Origin: Felis catus
Taxonomy: Eukaryota
Assembly (NCBI RefSeq): GCF_018350175.1
Contig: NC_058368.1
Location: forward strand, 231,448,001-231,512,000
Direction: 5' to 3'
Length of the DNA: 64,000 nt
In this document: in pieces, positions 50,082-62,569 of the stretch
Position numbering within the stretch: the stretch's first letter is position 1
How the letters are laid out: the number at the start of each line of letters is the position of its first letter
Translations under genes and position numbers: made by a program
The notes under the pieces: generated by a model
Database searches by the model: none
What the model saw: only the letters and a program-made list of their open reading frames with translations
Told to the model about the DNA's origin: nothing

Positions 50082-50525
50082 TGCGTCCTGGAACCCCTCT
50101 GCTGTAATAACCCACCATGAATTCTGTCCCTGAAAACAGCATAAATTTATTCTCTCCCAGTGCTGGAGGCCAAAAATACAAAATCAGTGTGTCAGTAGAG
50201 CCACGCCCCCTGATAGCTTTAGGAAAGGATCTCTCCTCACCTCTTCCAGGTTTTGGTGGCTCCAGAAGTTCCTTGGCTTGTGGCTGTGTCCCTCCAGTCC
50301 CTTCCTCCGTCTTCACATGGTCTGTTCCTTCTCTCTTGGTCTTCTCCTCATCTGTCTCCTTTAGGGACACTGTCGTTGAATGAAGAGCCCACCTGGGTAA
50401 TCTAGGATGATCTCCTCTCCAGACCCTTAACTTAATCACACCTGTAAAGATCTTCTTTTCCAAATGGATACTGGGGATTAGAATACGGACATACTTCTGG
50501 AGGGGCCATCAGTCAACCCGTTGCA
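50082..50525 (-). mobile_element. MLT1C-like solo LTR
   Basis: ataaatttattctctcccagtgctggaggcc...gttccttggcttgtggctg...ccttaacttaatcacacctg. Confidence 0.85.
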
Positions 50526-50587
50526 CTCTCCCGTCCCCTGGAGGCGGATGTGGACAGCGTATATATGGCTGCTTGTTTTGCTTGCCT

Positions 50588-50840
50588 GGGGGACTGAATA
50601 CACAGTGGACGCTGGCCAGACCATGTATATATATATAAATAGAACTCTGACCCACAACCTGCCCAGGAAACCAACCCAGTATCCCCATACCAGCCCAGGA
50701 AGCCAGCCTGCTGTAAGTCAGACCACTATCTCTAGTAGTAATCCAGGAAGCCAAGCAATAATCCCATCATAGTCAGCCCCAAATGGCCAGGACTTGATTA
50801 ATTACTGGCACCTTCCCTAACTTTTGTGTCTCTGCCAAAG
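50588..50840 (+). mobile_element. MER90/MER110-like LTR fragment
   Basis: aaatagaactctgacccacaacctg, repeated cccaggaagcca, ccccaaatggccaggacttgattaa. Confidence 0.55.
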
Positions 50841-52767
50841 CTCGAGTGACGGCGGCCGACTCCCTTGCTCTAGCAAGTTTAGGATAAACAGACTTCGCTT
50901 TTCCCATTTGACTGGTTTTCATCTATTTCCACATGCGTTTGCTATTCTTCTGACCCTACCAGGCAGACATTCTCCGCTGGGTGTCGTTCTGCCTTTCACG
51001 TCTCCTTCCGCACCTTAATGTCTACCTGCCGCTGGGAAAGAGCCATGTCGTGCTGGTAGAACAGGGTGGCGGTGGAGGACCCAAGGGGGAGGTGTAGTGA
51101 GCCAAGGGCCGAGTGGTAGCGGCACCACCCGGGAGCAGAAAGAGAACAGTAAGAGCTATGACAAGGTGCCAGGACGCACCCCCAGAAACCATTCAGGACC
51201 CCACTCAAGATCTGCGCTTGTTAAAAGCTACTTGTGTATGCAACCCATGCATTTTATAAGTCGTGTTATTTTTCAGGTTTCTTTTCGTCTGACCTTTCCT
51301 TAGTTAACACATGGCGCTGTGCTTGGGATATACCATCATTTATTTCCTACTACCCTGTATTTATGGGGAAGCCGACTGGAAGGCACACAGGGGAAAGACG
51401 GGTCTTTAAGGCGCACAGGACTGCGCGAAAGCTGGGCGTGAGAAGAGTGGAAGGAAGGCCAGAGGGGTTAAGCTCTAGAAGTGGCAAATCAGGGATGCAG
51501 AGAGGAGAAAACATGCTGTAGTGTGAGAAGGCGTGAGGGGCCATGTGGTTTAATGTAGAGAGCGCAGGGCTGCAAGTCAGGTGACGGGGGTGATGTGAAA
51601 CAAGGCGTCAATTTATCGGATGCTTGTGGCTCCCTTTGCTCCATAATTCACGCTCCGGTACTAGTCTGACATTTGCCCAACGAGACAATAATTCTAAGGC
51701 TCTGTTTTTTCACATGAAAGGTCTCTGTTGTCATTAAAAACATTCCGGAGCCGGTGGGACCCCTGGCTCTCACCTCCCTGTGAACAGACCGGGACAGGGC
51801 TTTTGTCGATCAGCTCCCCTGAGCCTTATGAAGGTTTTTCTGAGAGTCCGGGGCAGCCAGAGGGGACCAGCCAGGCGCTGAGATCTGTGTCTCATGCCAA
51901 CCCAAATAACCCCACATTCATGGCTTTTACTTGTTGGGTGTTCGGCTTCTACCTGCATTTCACTTTAAGAAATATTCTTTTAGCTAAACATGAAGACATC
52001 GCAGCTGAGTATGGTGGGGAGGGAAGCCAGCCAGCCAGCGACTGTAGGTTCTCTCTTGCCCAGAACAGTCCAGCTTTCCCATCTTCTGCTCCACCCCTGG
52101 CGAGGTGTCAGGAATTAGGTGACAATGTACCACTCTCTCACCTGATTCAGAGGTGTTGGGAGCCCTCATCGGTCAGGTTGTGCTCACATCATTGGCTGAT
52201 CATGGTGTGAAAATTAGCACAGACTTTATTTAAGGTTTTATAGCATCCCTGGAGAGAAGGCATAATTAATCCTGATCTTACAGATGAAAAGCTGGAAATG
52301 CAAGCTATTTAAAGGACGCCCTACACGACACCGGATGGGTCATTAGGAAGGAGGCCAGGGTGGGACGGCAGCCTGTAAGACCCAAGCCCGGAGTGACCGG
52401 GCTCCCGTGATGCCTTTTGTGCAACTGCCTTTTGAATTTCAGTGGCTGCCCCCTGATTGAGAAGATAGTAGCCACAAATTGCCAATTCTTGTCATCAACA
52501 GAACTTAGGCTTGACCTCTTGATAACGAGGATAGGCTTTCAGCACTTCCTGCTCCAGAAGCGAGTACAATCAAAAGGAAGACAGGGTCTGTACTCCTTGC
52601 TCAGTGCCCTCTGTTGATCCAGACCCTGCAGGCACATGTGTGAATGGCCATGAACCCCGAGCAGCCCTGCAGCGCCGTAACAGGCAAGAGCTTGCTGAAG
52701 ACTAGCCATTATCCCATCGGGACAGGGGGCATGGAGGGGTGGGGCCTCTCTCTGGCTTTGTGTCAGG

Positions 52768-53158
52768 TGTCTTTCCCCCCCCCTTTGGCTGCTATAGCAA
52801 ATTGCCACAAACTTAGTGGTTCAAAACAGCACATATTTATCCTGTTACAGTTCCAGGGATTACAGAAATCTGAAAGGCGTCTCAGCTGGCTAAAATCAAG
52901 ATGTCGACAGGGCTGGTTCCTGCTCGAGGCTCCAGGGGATAACCTGTCCTTGGTGCTTCCAGCTTCTAAGGCCACTCGTTCCTTGGCTACATCCGATCTG
53001 TTTACAAGCCTGGGCCCACCTGGATAACCCAGGATCGTCCCTCCGTCTCAAGATCTGCAGACACGTCTGCAGGGTTTTTTTGACATAGAAGGCAATGTAT
53101 TCACACGGTCTGGGAACTGGTACGTGGACATCTTGGGGGTCATTATTCAGCTACCACA
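52768..53158 (-). mobile_element. MLT1D/E-like solo LTR
   Basis: ggctgctatagcaaattgccacaaacttagtggttcaaaaca...gggcccacctggataacccagga...cattattcagctaccaca. Confidence 0.85.
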
Positions 53159-53796
53159 CCAGGCAGTTCTCAGACTTGGGGGGTGGTTCAGAATGAATCC
53201 AGCTCTGAGACTTGACCAGGGCGTCTGATGGCACGGTAGGATTTCCAAAGTGTCTTCTTGCTTTTGGAAACTCACCTCCTCTGGAACTGGAGCCTGGAGA
53301 AGAAGGTGCGGAAGCCCCGGGCTGGCGATATCCTCGGGAATCCACGCTTGGACTGGAAAGCGTCACAGCGACCTAGAGATTCTCTAGGTGCTTTCTGCCA
53401 TGTGCCCTGAGCCCTGGAGACAACACGAAGGAGGGTGCAGACCGGGTTTGTCCCTGACCCTCTACACTTGCTGGCAGCTCCCTTGGCATCAGTTTTCTCC
53501 GCTGTGACAGAAGTGTGATTCAGAATGCCAACACACGCAAAAGCCCCGTTTCAATCATTTTATTTTACTTTGATCATTCTTTTTAAAAAGTATATCTACG
53601 ATTTCTTTCTAACGGTAACTACAATACATGTCAAGGGCAGAATGTTTGAAGAGTTCAGAAATCCATGTATTACTCAGGATCCTACTGCCTGCTCATCTAC
53701 ACTCCAGAGGCAGTCCTGCCTTCGTTTCTAAGCAAACACACACATGCACACACATTCACAACTGGGACCAACCATTGTATAAGCACATAACGTATG

Positions 53797-54243
53797 TTTT
53801 TTTTAAATGTTTATTTATTTTTGGGGCGCCTGGGTGGCGCGGTCGGTTAAGCGTCCGACTTCAGCCAGGTCACGATCTCGCGCTCCGTGAGTTCGAGCCC
53901 CGCGTCGGGCTCTGGGCTGATGGCTCAGAGCCTGGAGCCTGTTTCCGATTCTGTGTCTCCCTCTCTCTCTGCCCCTCCCCCGTTCATGCTCTGTCTCTCT
54001 CTGTCCCCCAAAAATAAATAAAACGTTGAAAAAAAATAAATGTTTATTTATTTTTGAGAGAGAGAGAGACAGAGACAGAGACAGAAACAGCGAGCAGGGG
54101 AGGGGCAGAGAGAGAGAAAGGAGACACAGAATCTGAAGCAGGCTTCAGCACAGAGCCCAATGTGGGGCTCAAACCCATGAACCGTGAGACCATGACTTGA
54201 GCTGAAGTCGGACACTTAACCAGCTGAGCCCTGCAGGCGCCCC
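53797..54243 (-). mobile_element. Host Can-SINE (older), with its tail interrupted
   Basis: Tail at 53797-53822 and body at 54037-54243 ending gcaggcgcccc. Confidence 0.93.
53823..54036 (+). mobile_element. Very young felid Can-SINE nested in another SINE's tail
   Basis: Perfect 19-bp TSD taaatgtttatttattttt (53804-53822 / 54037-54055). Confidence 0.97.
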
Positions 54244-55175
54244 AGCATATAATAAACATATTTGTGCACAAACCGTTCAACTACTGTTATGGGAAAATAG
54301 CAGTTTTGATTTATTCACCAGTGTAGTATACCTCCAGACACACACGTTTTGGTGCTTTTCACACCTACTTCTCCTTGCTCTCAGGTTTCCATGGGGTGGG
54401 GACTTCCTCATTCTTTTGTCATGAAAGCCAAGGGCAGTGAACACTGCGCCTGTCTTACTGCTTGAGTGTCTTAGACGGCTTTTAGAATTTATGAAGGGAC
54501 AATAGTCTTGTGATTTAAGGCTATTGATTTGCAAGAATTGGGCCTTTTGAAAGAGAAAGAGGTGTTTGAAAGTCAATGACTTGTCTTTGCCTATCAAACG
54601 CTAAGTGAGTCCCCGTGTATAGATTTATAAAGTTTATACCAAAAAAAAAAAAAAAAATGGAGCTGGGGGAAATGGAGAAAGAGCCAGACTATGCTGTCAC
54701 CCTGCTGGATAAAGATTCAGTGCTTGGTGCAGTTGCAACCGGGGAGACTGGAGAGGACAGGAGCAGAAAGCGAGGTCTGTGGTCCAGATAGCAAGGGACT
54801 GGGTCCAAAGGCTTGGGGGTGCACTGGGGAGTCCACATATTGATCACGCTCCAATCTCGGAAACACACAGCGTTTTCTCTGGCTACGTCTGCATCTGACC
54901 TGTCAGGTGATGCTGTAGAATTTCGGACAACTCAGCTGATGCACTTCACTTCACAATCATGGTTTCGAACTTCCGGCGACTTCCCAAGACTGCCCACCAA
55001 ATCTTTCTCTTTTTTTTTCCCGCCATGGAATGTCTGCTCTCCATTCTCTGGGATAACTATTTCATGCCTCAATTTTTCTCCTTAAATCTCCAAGCCTCTC
55101 CTCCTTCCCATCCCTTCCACAGCCAGGTCATCAGCTAACTGGATGGAAATAGAAGGAATTAGATGGAAGCATCTT

Positions 55176-55413
55176 TTTTAAATTTAATTTAATTTTATTT
55201 TATTTTGTAATGTTTCTATTTATTTTTGAGACAGAGAGAGACAGAGCATGAGCAGGGGAGGGGCAGAGAGAGAGAGAGACACAGAATCCGAAGCAGGCTC
55301 CAGGCTCTGAGCTGTCAGCACAGAGCCTGACGCGGGGCTCGAACTCACGGACCGTGAGATCATGCCCTGAGCCGAAGTCGGACGCTTAACCGACTGAGCC
55401 ACCCAGACGCCCC
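55176..55413 (-). mobile_element. Can-SINE
   Basis: TSD tagatggaagcatctt (55160-55175) / taggtggaagcatctt (55414-55429). Confidence 0.96.
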
Positions 55414-56350
55414 TAGGTGGAAGCATCTTAATTTAGCACCATCAAATCTAGGGGCCTACCAGCCCTGGGAGTCCTTGTCCTTTCTCCGTCCCTAGGCCTC
55501 TGTTGTCCAGAGGCCACCATTCCTGCTGTTTTCTCAAGGATTTAACTCACTTCGTGTTCCTTTCCTTCCTTCCTTCCTTCCTGCGACTTCAGTTTCTCTC
55601 CGCCAGCATATTTTTCACAGCACACAAACAGGCTGTGGTTTTTTCTGATCCACTTAAGTCTTCTTTGACCCTCTCCTGCTTCAGTTAGCGCCCCATCATT
55701 CTGCCCCGGTTCACAGCAGACGTCCGCAATCTCGTAAGAATTGTATACACACGCTGTCTCCGTTTGTTTACGATGGCAGAACCTTCTCATCTGGTTTTCA
55801 CCCACTTCTGTTTTGACTGGCTCTCTTCAAGTTCACCAGTGGTCTCCACATTCCGTTTCATTCTGTCTCTCACTCGAATTGGAACAGAGGAGGACTCCTT
55901 TTCTGGAAGACCCTCTCTCACACTTCAGGATTTCTTCTCATCTGGCATCTTTCTTTTTCCCATCTCTTGTTCCTCTGATTCTCCCCAACTGCAAACGTTC
56001 GAGGGCCCTACGGCTTACTTTTCATCTCCCTACTCTCTCTGCCCTTGAGAGGTCAGATTTGTTCTGCTGACCTCCACACATCAATCTCTAGCCCAAACGT
56101 GTGATGTGAACCTGAGAGCCCTGCATCTGATACATCTGGTCTGTTGGCTCACAGTCTGGTCTCAGAGTTGTCATGTCGTCCTTCCTTTCCATAATCAGTA
56201 AATGACACCCCCACCAGCCAGCTGCCCACCGAGGCTGCTTCCCCATCCCCCTCCCTGTGCAAACCATCCATATATCTTGCCATATCCCATATCCCCCACC
56301 AGGGTGCATTTGCTTTTCTCCATCTCTCCACTTCTCTTTGTTCCAAACTT

Positions 56351-56379
56351 CTTTTTTTTTTTTTTAATGTTTATTTATT

Positions 56380-56419
<40 letters not shown>

Positions 56420-56592
56420 AATGAGAATGAGTTGGGGAGGGGCAGAGAGAGAGGGAGACACAGAATCCGAAGCAGGCTTCAGGCTCTGAGCTGTCAGCAC
56501 AGAGCCCAACGCCAGGCTCGAACTCACAAACCGTGAGATCATGACCTGAGCCCAAGTCGGTCACTCAACCGACTGAGCCACCCAGGTGCCCC
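56351..56592 (-). mobile_element. Can-SINE
   Basis: Poly-T, (GA)n plus (GAAT..)n, full body; degenerate TSD ttccaaacttctt / ttccaactttctt. Confidence 0.95.
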
Positions 56593-56814
56593 TATTCCAA
56601 CTTTCTTGACCTCTCACCTGGGCCACCATAGCAGCGTTATGACTCTGACCCCTTTTCTGTTCTATCTTCTATAAGGTAAAATCCCAGCTCCCGCCATCAT
56701 GTTCCCCTCTGCCCAGCTTGCTAACTTGTTCTCCTCTGTCTCATGTACACTTACCACTGGCTGTGCTGGGACTCTCCTGCCCTAGGAGCATTGCACACAC
56801 TCTTCTCCGTCTCT

Positions 56815-57040
56815 CAGGACTTCTCAACCTTGGCCCTGCTGACACTTGGGACTGCATAATTCTTTGTTGTGGAGGTCTGACATATGTATTCTAGAGTGTT
56901 TAGTAGCGTTCCTGGCTTCTTCCAAGTAGACGTCAGTAGCATCCCCCCATGCCAAGTTTGACAACTAAAAATGGCTCCAGACGTTGTCAAAGGTCTCTTA
57001 GTTGGCGAAATCTCCCCTTAGTTGGCAAAATCAGCCCCTG
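56815..57040 (+). mobile_element. MER20-like hAT-Charlie element
   Basis: ttctcaaccttggccctgctgacacttggg...ataattctttgttgtgg...tgacaactaaaaatggctccagacgttgtcaaa. Confidence 0.85.
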
Positions 57041-57154
57041 CTCTACCCAAAATTACACCCACCCATCATCCCCTAACCTAGGGCCAGCCTTAAAATGACT
57101 TAATAACTGCTATAGCATAGACTTCAACCAATCAGAATACATGCTGGCCCCAAG

Positions 57155-57310
57155 CATCCTTATTTTTGTCTGTAAAATGAAGATACTGATAATCCCCACC
57201 TTGTAGGCTTGTCATGAGAGCAGATGAGTTTAAGTGGATAAAGTGCTTATCCCAAGGCCTGCCGTGGAGGGAATGCTCCATAAGCACCCAGTGTTCCTCT
57301 TGCCATCCTC
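57155..57310 (+). mobile_element. MIR 3' half
   Basis: tctgtaaaatgaagatactgataatccccaccttgtaggcttgtcatgag...ataaagtgctta. Confidence 0.7.
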
Positions 57311-57497
57311 ATTATAATTGGCTCATTACTAGCCGTGTCCAAAGCAGCCTCCTTGCTCATCTGTTATGCTTCATTGCTGCACTCTGGTTGTTCCTGAAGA
57401 ACACTCACAGGTCGTAATTAATTTGTAATCATATCTGTTTTCATTTGTGTACTGGTCTATTACCTGACTTCCCTTGTAAATCCTACCAAGGCAGTGC

Positions 57498-57890
57498 ATC
57501 AGGGTAGTTCACTGTTGTAGCAAGTAACTTCTACACCTCTGTGATTTCGCACAGTGGAAGATGGTTCACTTTTTCCAAATGTCTGTTCCATGTGACTCTT
57601 AGGGGTACAAGCCTTCCAGGTGCCCATTTGGGGTCTCCTCCTTCCCTTGCTGGGGCTCGCTGTGGGATCCTCTGCCTCCATCTGGCAGACAGGGGAGGGA
57701 GACAGATGGAGGATTTCACGCGGAAGATTTTCAATGGACCTGGGCTGGGAACACCCGTCGTCACTTCCTGCCCCCATGCCACTGGCTACTGCTCAGTCAC
57801 ATGGCCGCAGAGCTGCAAGGCAGGCTGGGAAACGTAGTCTGGCTGTGCCCAGCAGAGACAGGAAAGAGTGCGGGGAGCGTCGGGTCAGTC
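57498..57890 (-). mobile_element. Ancient MLT1 (J/K-like) LTR
   Basis: gtcacttcctgcccccatgccactggc...ctcagtcacatggcc...ctgcaaggcaggctgggaaacgtagtctggctgtgccca. Confidence 0.7.
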
Positions 57891-58615
57891 TGTTTACCGG
57901 CAGGCATTGCATCCGTGGGCTCCGCATCTACAACGGTGCTGGGCACAGAACTCATAACAAAAAATATTGGTGAATGAAATCAGTGAATAAGTGAATATGT
58001 TTTAACCCATGTCAGTCTTTCCTGAGCATCCACATTGGAAAGGATTAATTTTTTTTCAGAGGGGCTGTAACATTTATAAACTTTATTATGTGCTGAAAAG
58101 CTTGTGGAAGGAGAATTGAGTAGTTTAACACTCTTAGCTTTGCCAGTTAAGAGCCACCTAAACCTTGGGAAGACCACCTCCTTCTCCGTGTAGGGCCTTA
58201 GTTTCTCTACCTGCCCAGGGTCTTTCCTGGAGCGGTGAAGTGCTGTCTGTTTTTGTTTCAGATGTGATCACCAGCATAGCCTTGTTTACAAAAGAGACCT
58301 GAAATAAATGCTTCTGGATTGATTTTCTGACCAGCGTAGTTCCCTCTGACTGTCATGTTCCTCCGGGTCTGGTCTGCTCTCAGGGAGATACATTAAAAAG
58401 AAGGACTCCTGACCAAGACCAGGCAGATTGGAAAGACAAGAATGTTAAAACGCAGGCTGTCTCTCCCCGCCTCCTCCAAGGGCTGGCAACAGCGTGATTC
58501 AGGTGTGCGGTTACCATTTCAGAGGGCTGGTCAACCAATATTGTGGTTTATATTGGAATTACAGGAAAGTCCTTGACAAGCTTTTTGTTACAGCTCTGAG
58601 ATGGTTCGTGCAGAG

Positions 58616-58754
58616 AGGGTTGCCAAATTCAGCGGAAAAAAAAAATACAGGATGTCTATTGCATGGAACGTACCATAAGTATGCAAAGAATTATTCATTG
58701 TTCATCTGAAATTCTAAGCAAACTGGGCACTCTCTATTTTATCTGGTAATCTTA
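58616..58754. mobile_element. MER53-like palindromic DNA element with internal deletion
   Basis: Terminal inverted repeats agggttgcca / tggtaatctta; aaaaatacaggatg; aattattcattgttcatctgaaatt. Confidence 0.75.
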
Positions 58755-59052
58755 TTGGTGTGGACCCTCAGTCTTCAATGTTGGCCTGGCTCTGTCTCCT
58801 TCTCTGTCTCCATTCCTGATTAATTTGAACAGTGGCAGAACTGACTGGAAAATTCTAGGATGTGTGAGTTTCCAGAGCAAGTCCCCCTCCTCCCTTATCA
58901 CATGTGGGTTGGTTACTTGATGATTGACTTCAGTGTTCACCCTATAGCTGCCTACTTCCATTTCAGTGGCTAGCTGGGCAGGTCATGCCATCTTTCTGTA
59001 TGTTCTAGCTAGTGGGTCATTTACTTTCCAGCCTTAAGTAGAAGGGACTGTC

Positions 59053-59267
59053 GAGGCACCGGGGTGGCTTAGTTGGTTAAGCGTCCGACTCTTCATTTCA
59101 GGTCAGGTCGTGATCTCGTGGTTCAGAGTTCGAGCCCTGCATTGGGCTCTACACTGACAGTGCAGAGCCTGCTTGGGATTCTCCCTCTCTCTCAGTCTCT
59201 TTCTGCCCCTCCCCTGCTTTTGCTCATGTGCTCTCTTTCAAATAAACAAATACACTTAAAAAAAAAA
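59053..59267 (+). mobile_element. Can-SINE
   Basis: TSD agaagggactgtc (59040-59052) / agaagagacggtc (59268-59280). Confidence 0.93.
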
Positions 59268-59946
59268 AGAAGAGACGGTCTTGGCCTCCCATTCATCTTG
59301 CTTTCCACCTGACCAAAATTACTCAGCCAAGTCCCTAATGATTGTATTTCCTTCTCCTCTATTAAAATTGGGGTCAACCTTAACATCTGTGAGCCATGTT
59401 TAGATTTAATTAAGATACACTTGGTTTGGTCCACAACCACTTATAAATTTTAATTAAGCTGGATATATATTAAACTGAATTATTTTACAAGAACCAGTGC
59501 ATTTGATAAGAAATGTAATTATCCGTATTTGAAATGCTACAGTTTTATATTCTGAAATCCCGATTTTAAAAGAAAAGTCATTTTAGGTCAACTTTAGTCT
59601 TGAATAAGCATTGATGAATGAGGCCATTTCTGGCTTTGATTTCAATTCATATTAGTCTCCTTCCGTTACTAGAAAATATTCATTCATTCATTCAACAGTG
59701 AGGGTCTGTTTAGTACCAGGAACTATGTAAGTCATGATATTGGAAACTCATGTTTTAGATTCATAATGGTCTTCCTTTGGCCTTGCTTTTCATCTTCACA
59801 GCCTTCATGAGTTGAGTTAGTTATCCGCTTAGGTATAAGTGGATTATCTTTTCATTACTCACGTACACATGTAACTCTATTAGTATCCAGAAAAACGTTT
59901 GGGTAAAAGGTGTCTAAACATCTCACTCAAAGAAGAAAAGATATCC

Positions 59947-60026
59947 TCTTTCTTTTTTCTTTCCTTTCCTTTCCTTTCCTTTCCTTTCCTTTCCTTTCCT
60001 TTCCTTCTTTCTTTTTTTTTTTTTTT
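59947..60026. repeat. (TTTCC)n plus poly-T polypyrimidine tract
   Basis: Directly visible. Confidence 0.95.
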
Positions 60027-60082
60027 AAGTGAAGTCTGTGTCCGTTTAGGGAGGTGAGAGAAGGTTGTATAAGGAAGGGAAG

Positions 60083-60487
60083 ATCTCTGGACTGAATTGT
60101 GTTTCCCTGCCCCCACCCACCAATTCATATCCTGAAGCCCCAACCCCCGATGTGACTGCATTTGGAGATAGCACACGCATCAGTTAGGAGGTAATTAAAA
60201 TTAAATGAGCTGAAATGTGGGGTCTTATGCTGAGAGGATTGGTGGTTTTATAAGAAGTGGAAGAGCCATCAGCCATCTCTCTTTCCCCACAAACACACCC
60301 ACCAAGGAAAGGCCAGGTGAACATATGGTAAACAAATACCTCTTTGCCAGGAATAGATATCTTACCAAAACCCTACCATGCTGGCACTCTGATCTTGGAC
60401 TGTGGCCTCTGAAATGGTGACAGATTTCTGCTGTTAAGCCACCCAGTCTGTGGCATTGTGTTATGGTGGCCTGATCTGACTGATATA
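60083..60487 (+). mobile_element. MLT1A-like solo LTR
   Basis: ctggactgaattgtgtttccc...aattcatatcctgaagcccc...tgttaagccacccagtctgtggcattgtgttatgg. Confidence 0.87.
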
Positions 60488-62569
60488 GCGAGCCTGCATC
60501 TAACCCTTTGGATGCATAGAATTTCCATGGGCTTTGGCGTTCCGGCCTGGGAGGTGGGCAGCTCTTTTCTCCAGAGCAGTTTTGCCCTTTACTGTAATAA
60601 ATCCCATGAAGTCAGCTACTTCCTGTTCCTGAGAACAGCACGGATCCATCTTAGAGTTCATGGGACAGCCCTTGACAGTGGAGCAAAGCTGACCGGCTTG
60701 TCCTTGGATTGACCTTGACTTCTTAACATAGCATCTTGACTGATTGAACTTCATAGCCTGGACGCTTGTGATTTACAACACTCAAGTCCTCCACAAATAG
60801 ATAAATGCAGAATTCAATTTATCAGTTCCTGCAGCTTGCTCCATTCCGTTAGGGGGAGTTTTTCCATTAGAAGAGCTGATCATCCCTTCCTTTTTTGTGT
60901 CCCATTGAGTCTCATATGTCAACAGATTTCAGAACATTAAAAAAAAATCTCAAGTTCAGCTTAATATTTGATGTGACTTTTACACTGCTGAGCCGTGTCC
61001 CTCCCTAAAAGCATGGTTCTTGTCTTTCCCTTGGAGTCTCACCTTCCGTACCTCTTTGATGCACTAAAAATGCTCTCTGTGGATCAATGGCGAGTACCAG
61101 CCCTCCAGACATAGAGCTGTGACAGAAAATCAATGTGCGGTGTGGACAGTTGAGGAGAACCTTAAATAATGCCTTAAAAGGTCTGCACTCTGCAGTCCTC
61201 GATCCCAGTGCCCGTAGAGACTGCCAGTAGGGGTCATACCTGCTAACGTGTGTATTCTTTCCTAGTGTGCAGGAGTTTAATAAAACCGGCAGATGAAAAC
61301 TACAGTCAAGTCACAATTAAAAAGCCTTTGGATATAGATTATTCTGACACCTTTTTTACCCCTCCTGTCCCTATGGTGAGAATATTTAAAAAATACTGAA
61401 CTTGGCACTTTCCTTAAGTCACGCCGAGACCTAACGCATGCATCTCATTTTCTTTCTAAAAGCCAGCACTTAGCAACTTTCACTTGCTGGCATCGTCTCG
61501 TGCCAAGAACAGTGAGGATGCTCCGAGAGACCCAGCGGCTACTTTCTTCTGGTGTCAGATGAGAGGGGAAGGGGTAAGTACCCCCATTTATTAGCTTCTT
61601 GTTATAGCATAAAGCATCATAAAACTGCCATCTGTAAAAGGACCTACGAAGGACCTTTAAGCTAAATGTCTGCAATTCCCAAGATACTCCAAAATAACCT
61701 GGAACAGCATGGATGCTAATGTATGCCAGATTTGGATTTCTTCTGGTGGAGTATCCCTTGGATAACATCCTCTGAGGTTTTTCTTGAATAAAATTTATGC
61801 CCAGAAAACTTTTTAGGGCCCTGTAATTAAAGAAGGATAGGCGGGATAGGAGGGTATACATATCACAATAGTTTTTGTAGCTGTGTTTGTGAAAACAACA
61901 ACGACAACAAAAACCGCAAGACAGATGAGAAAGCCAAAGGGCACGGATGTGTTACTGAAGCACTGTGGCTAAGAGGACTTCCCTGCCTGGACTGCTTTGC
62001 TTGCAGCTACTGAGTGGTGTTATAAAGCTGCCGGAGGTTTGCAGCAATGTGCTATCACAATTCAGTTTACAGGCGTTCAGGGGTGAGAACTAGATGTGAG
62101 ATGTGCCTGGAGGTGGTGTGCCTATTCAGAATGTGAGAGGGACATGGAAGATGGAGCAGAGGAGGAGATGTAGGCCTTTGGCCACAAGGAGGAGAGAGAG
62201 TGTGGCTTATGGCAGGGAGAGAGGGCTCTGAGAGCAGGTGGCTCTTTGTTAGCATTAGTTGAAAAGAGACGAGAGCCGTGACGAAATGTTTTTCCAGTTG
62301 AGAAATCAGCCTCAGCCACAAACGTTTATGACTCGTAATGATTTAAGAAGGGAAGAGCCTCAGGTCACACGGGACTTTGAAGACAGACCTTCTGATGTTT
62401 TTTCTAGCACACGATGGCCCAATTTAAGCTCTAGAGCTGCTCTGATCAACATGGCAGCCACTGGCCGCTTGTGGCTAGTGTAAATTGTGTCAAATACACG
62501 TTGGATTTCAAAGATGTAATCAGAAAAAAGTACTACACTTCTCAGCAATTCTTAAAAATATTGATTATA

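Larger units (their letters stand above)
55520..57996 (+). mobile_element. Fragmented L2, interrupted by SINE, MER20, MIR and MLT1
   Basis: Pyrimidine-rich L2-like stretches; L2-type 3' end gtgctgggcacag...aaatattggtgaatgaa at ~57935-57996. Confidence 0.55.

Noticed and set aside
51728..52210. 160-aa plus-strand ORF
   Set aside because: Starts at TTG rather than ATG, with no recognisable protein features or exon structure.
58249..58308. Acceptor gtttttgtttcag followed by AATAAA, as a terminal exon
   Set aside because: Only ~45 nt long, and both motifs are common by chance.
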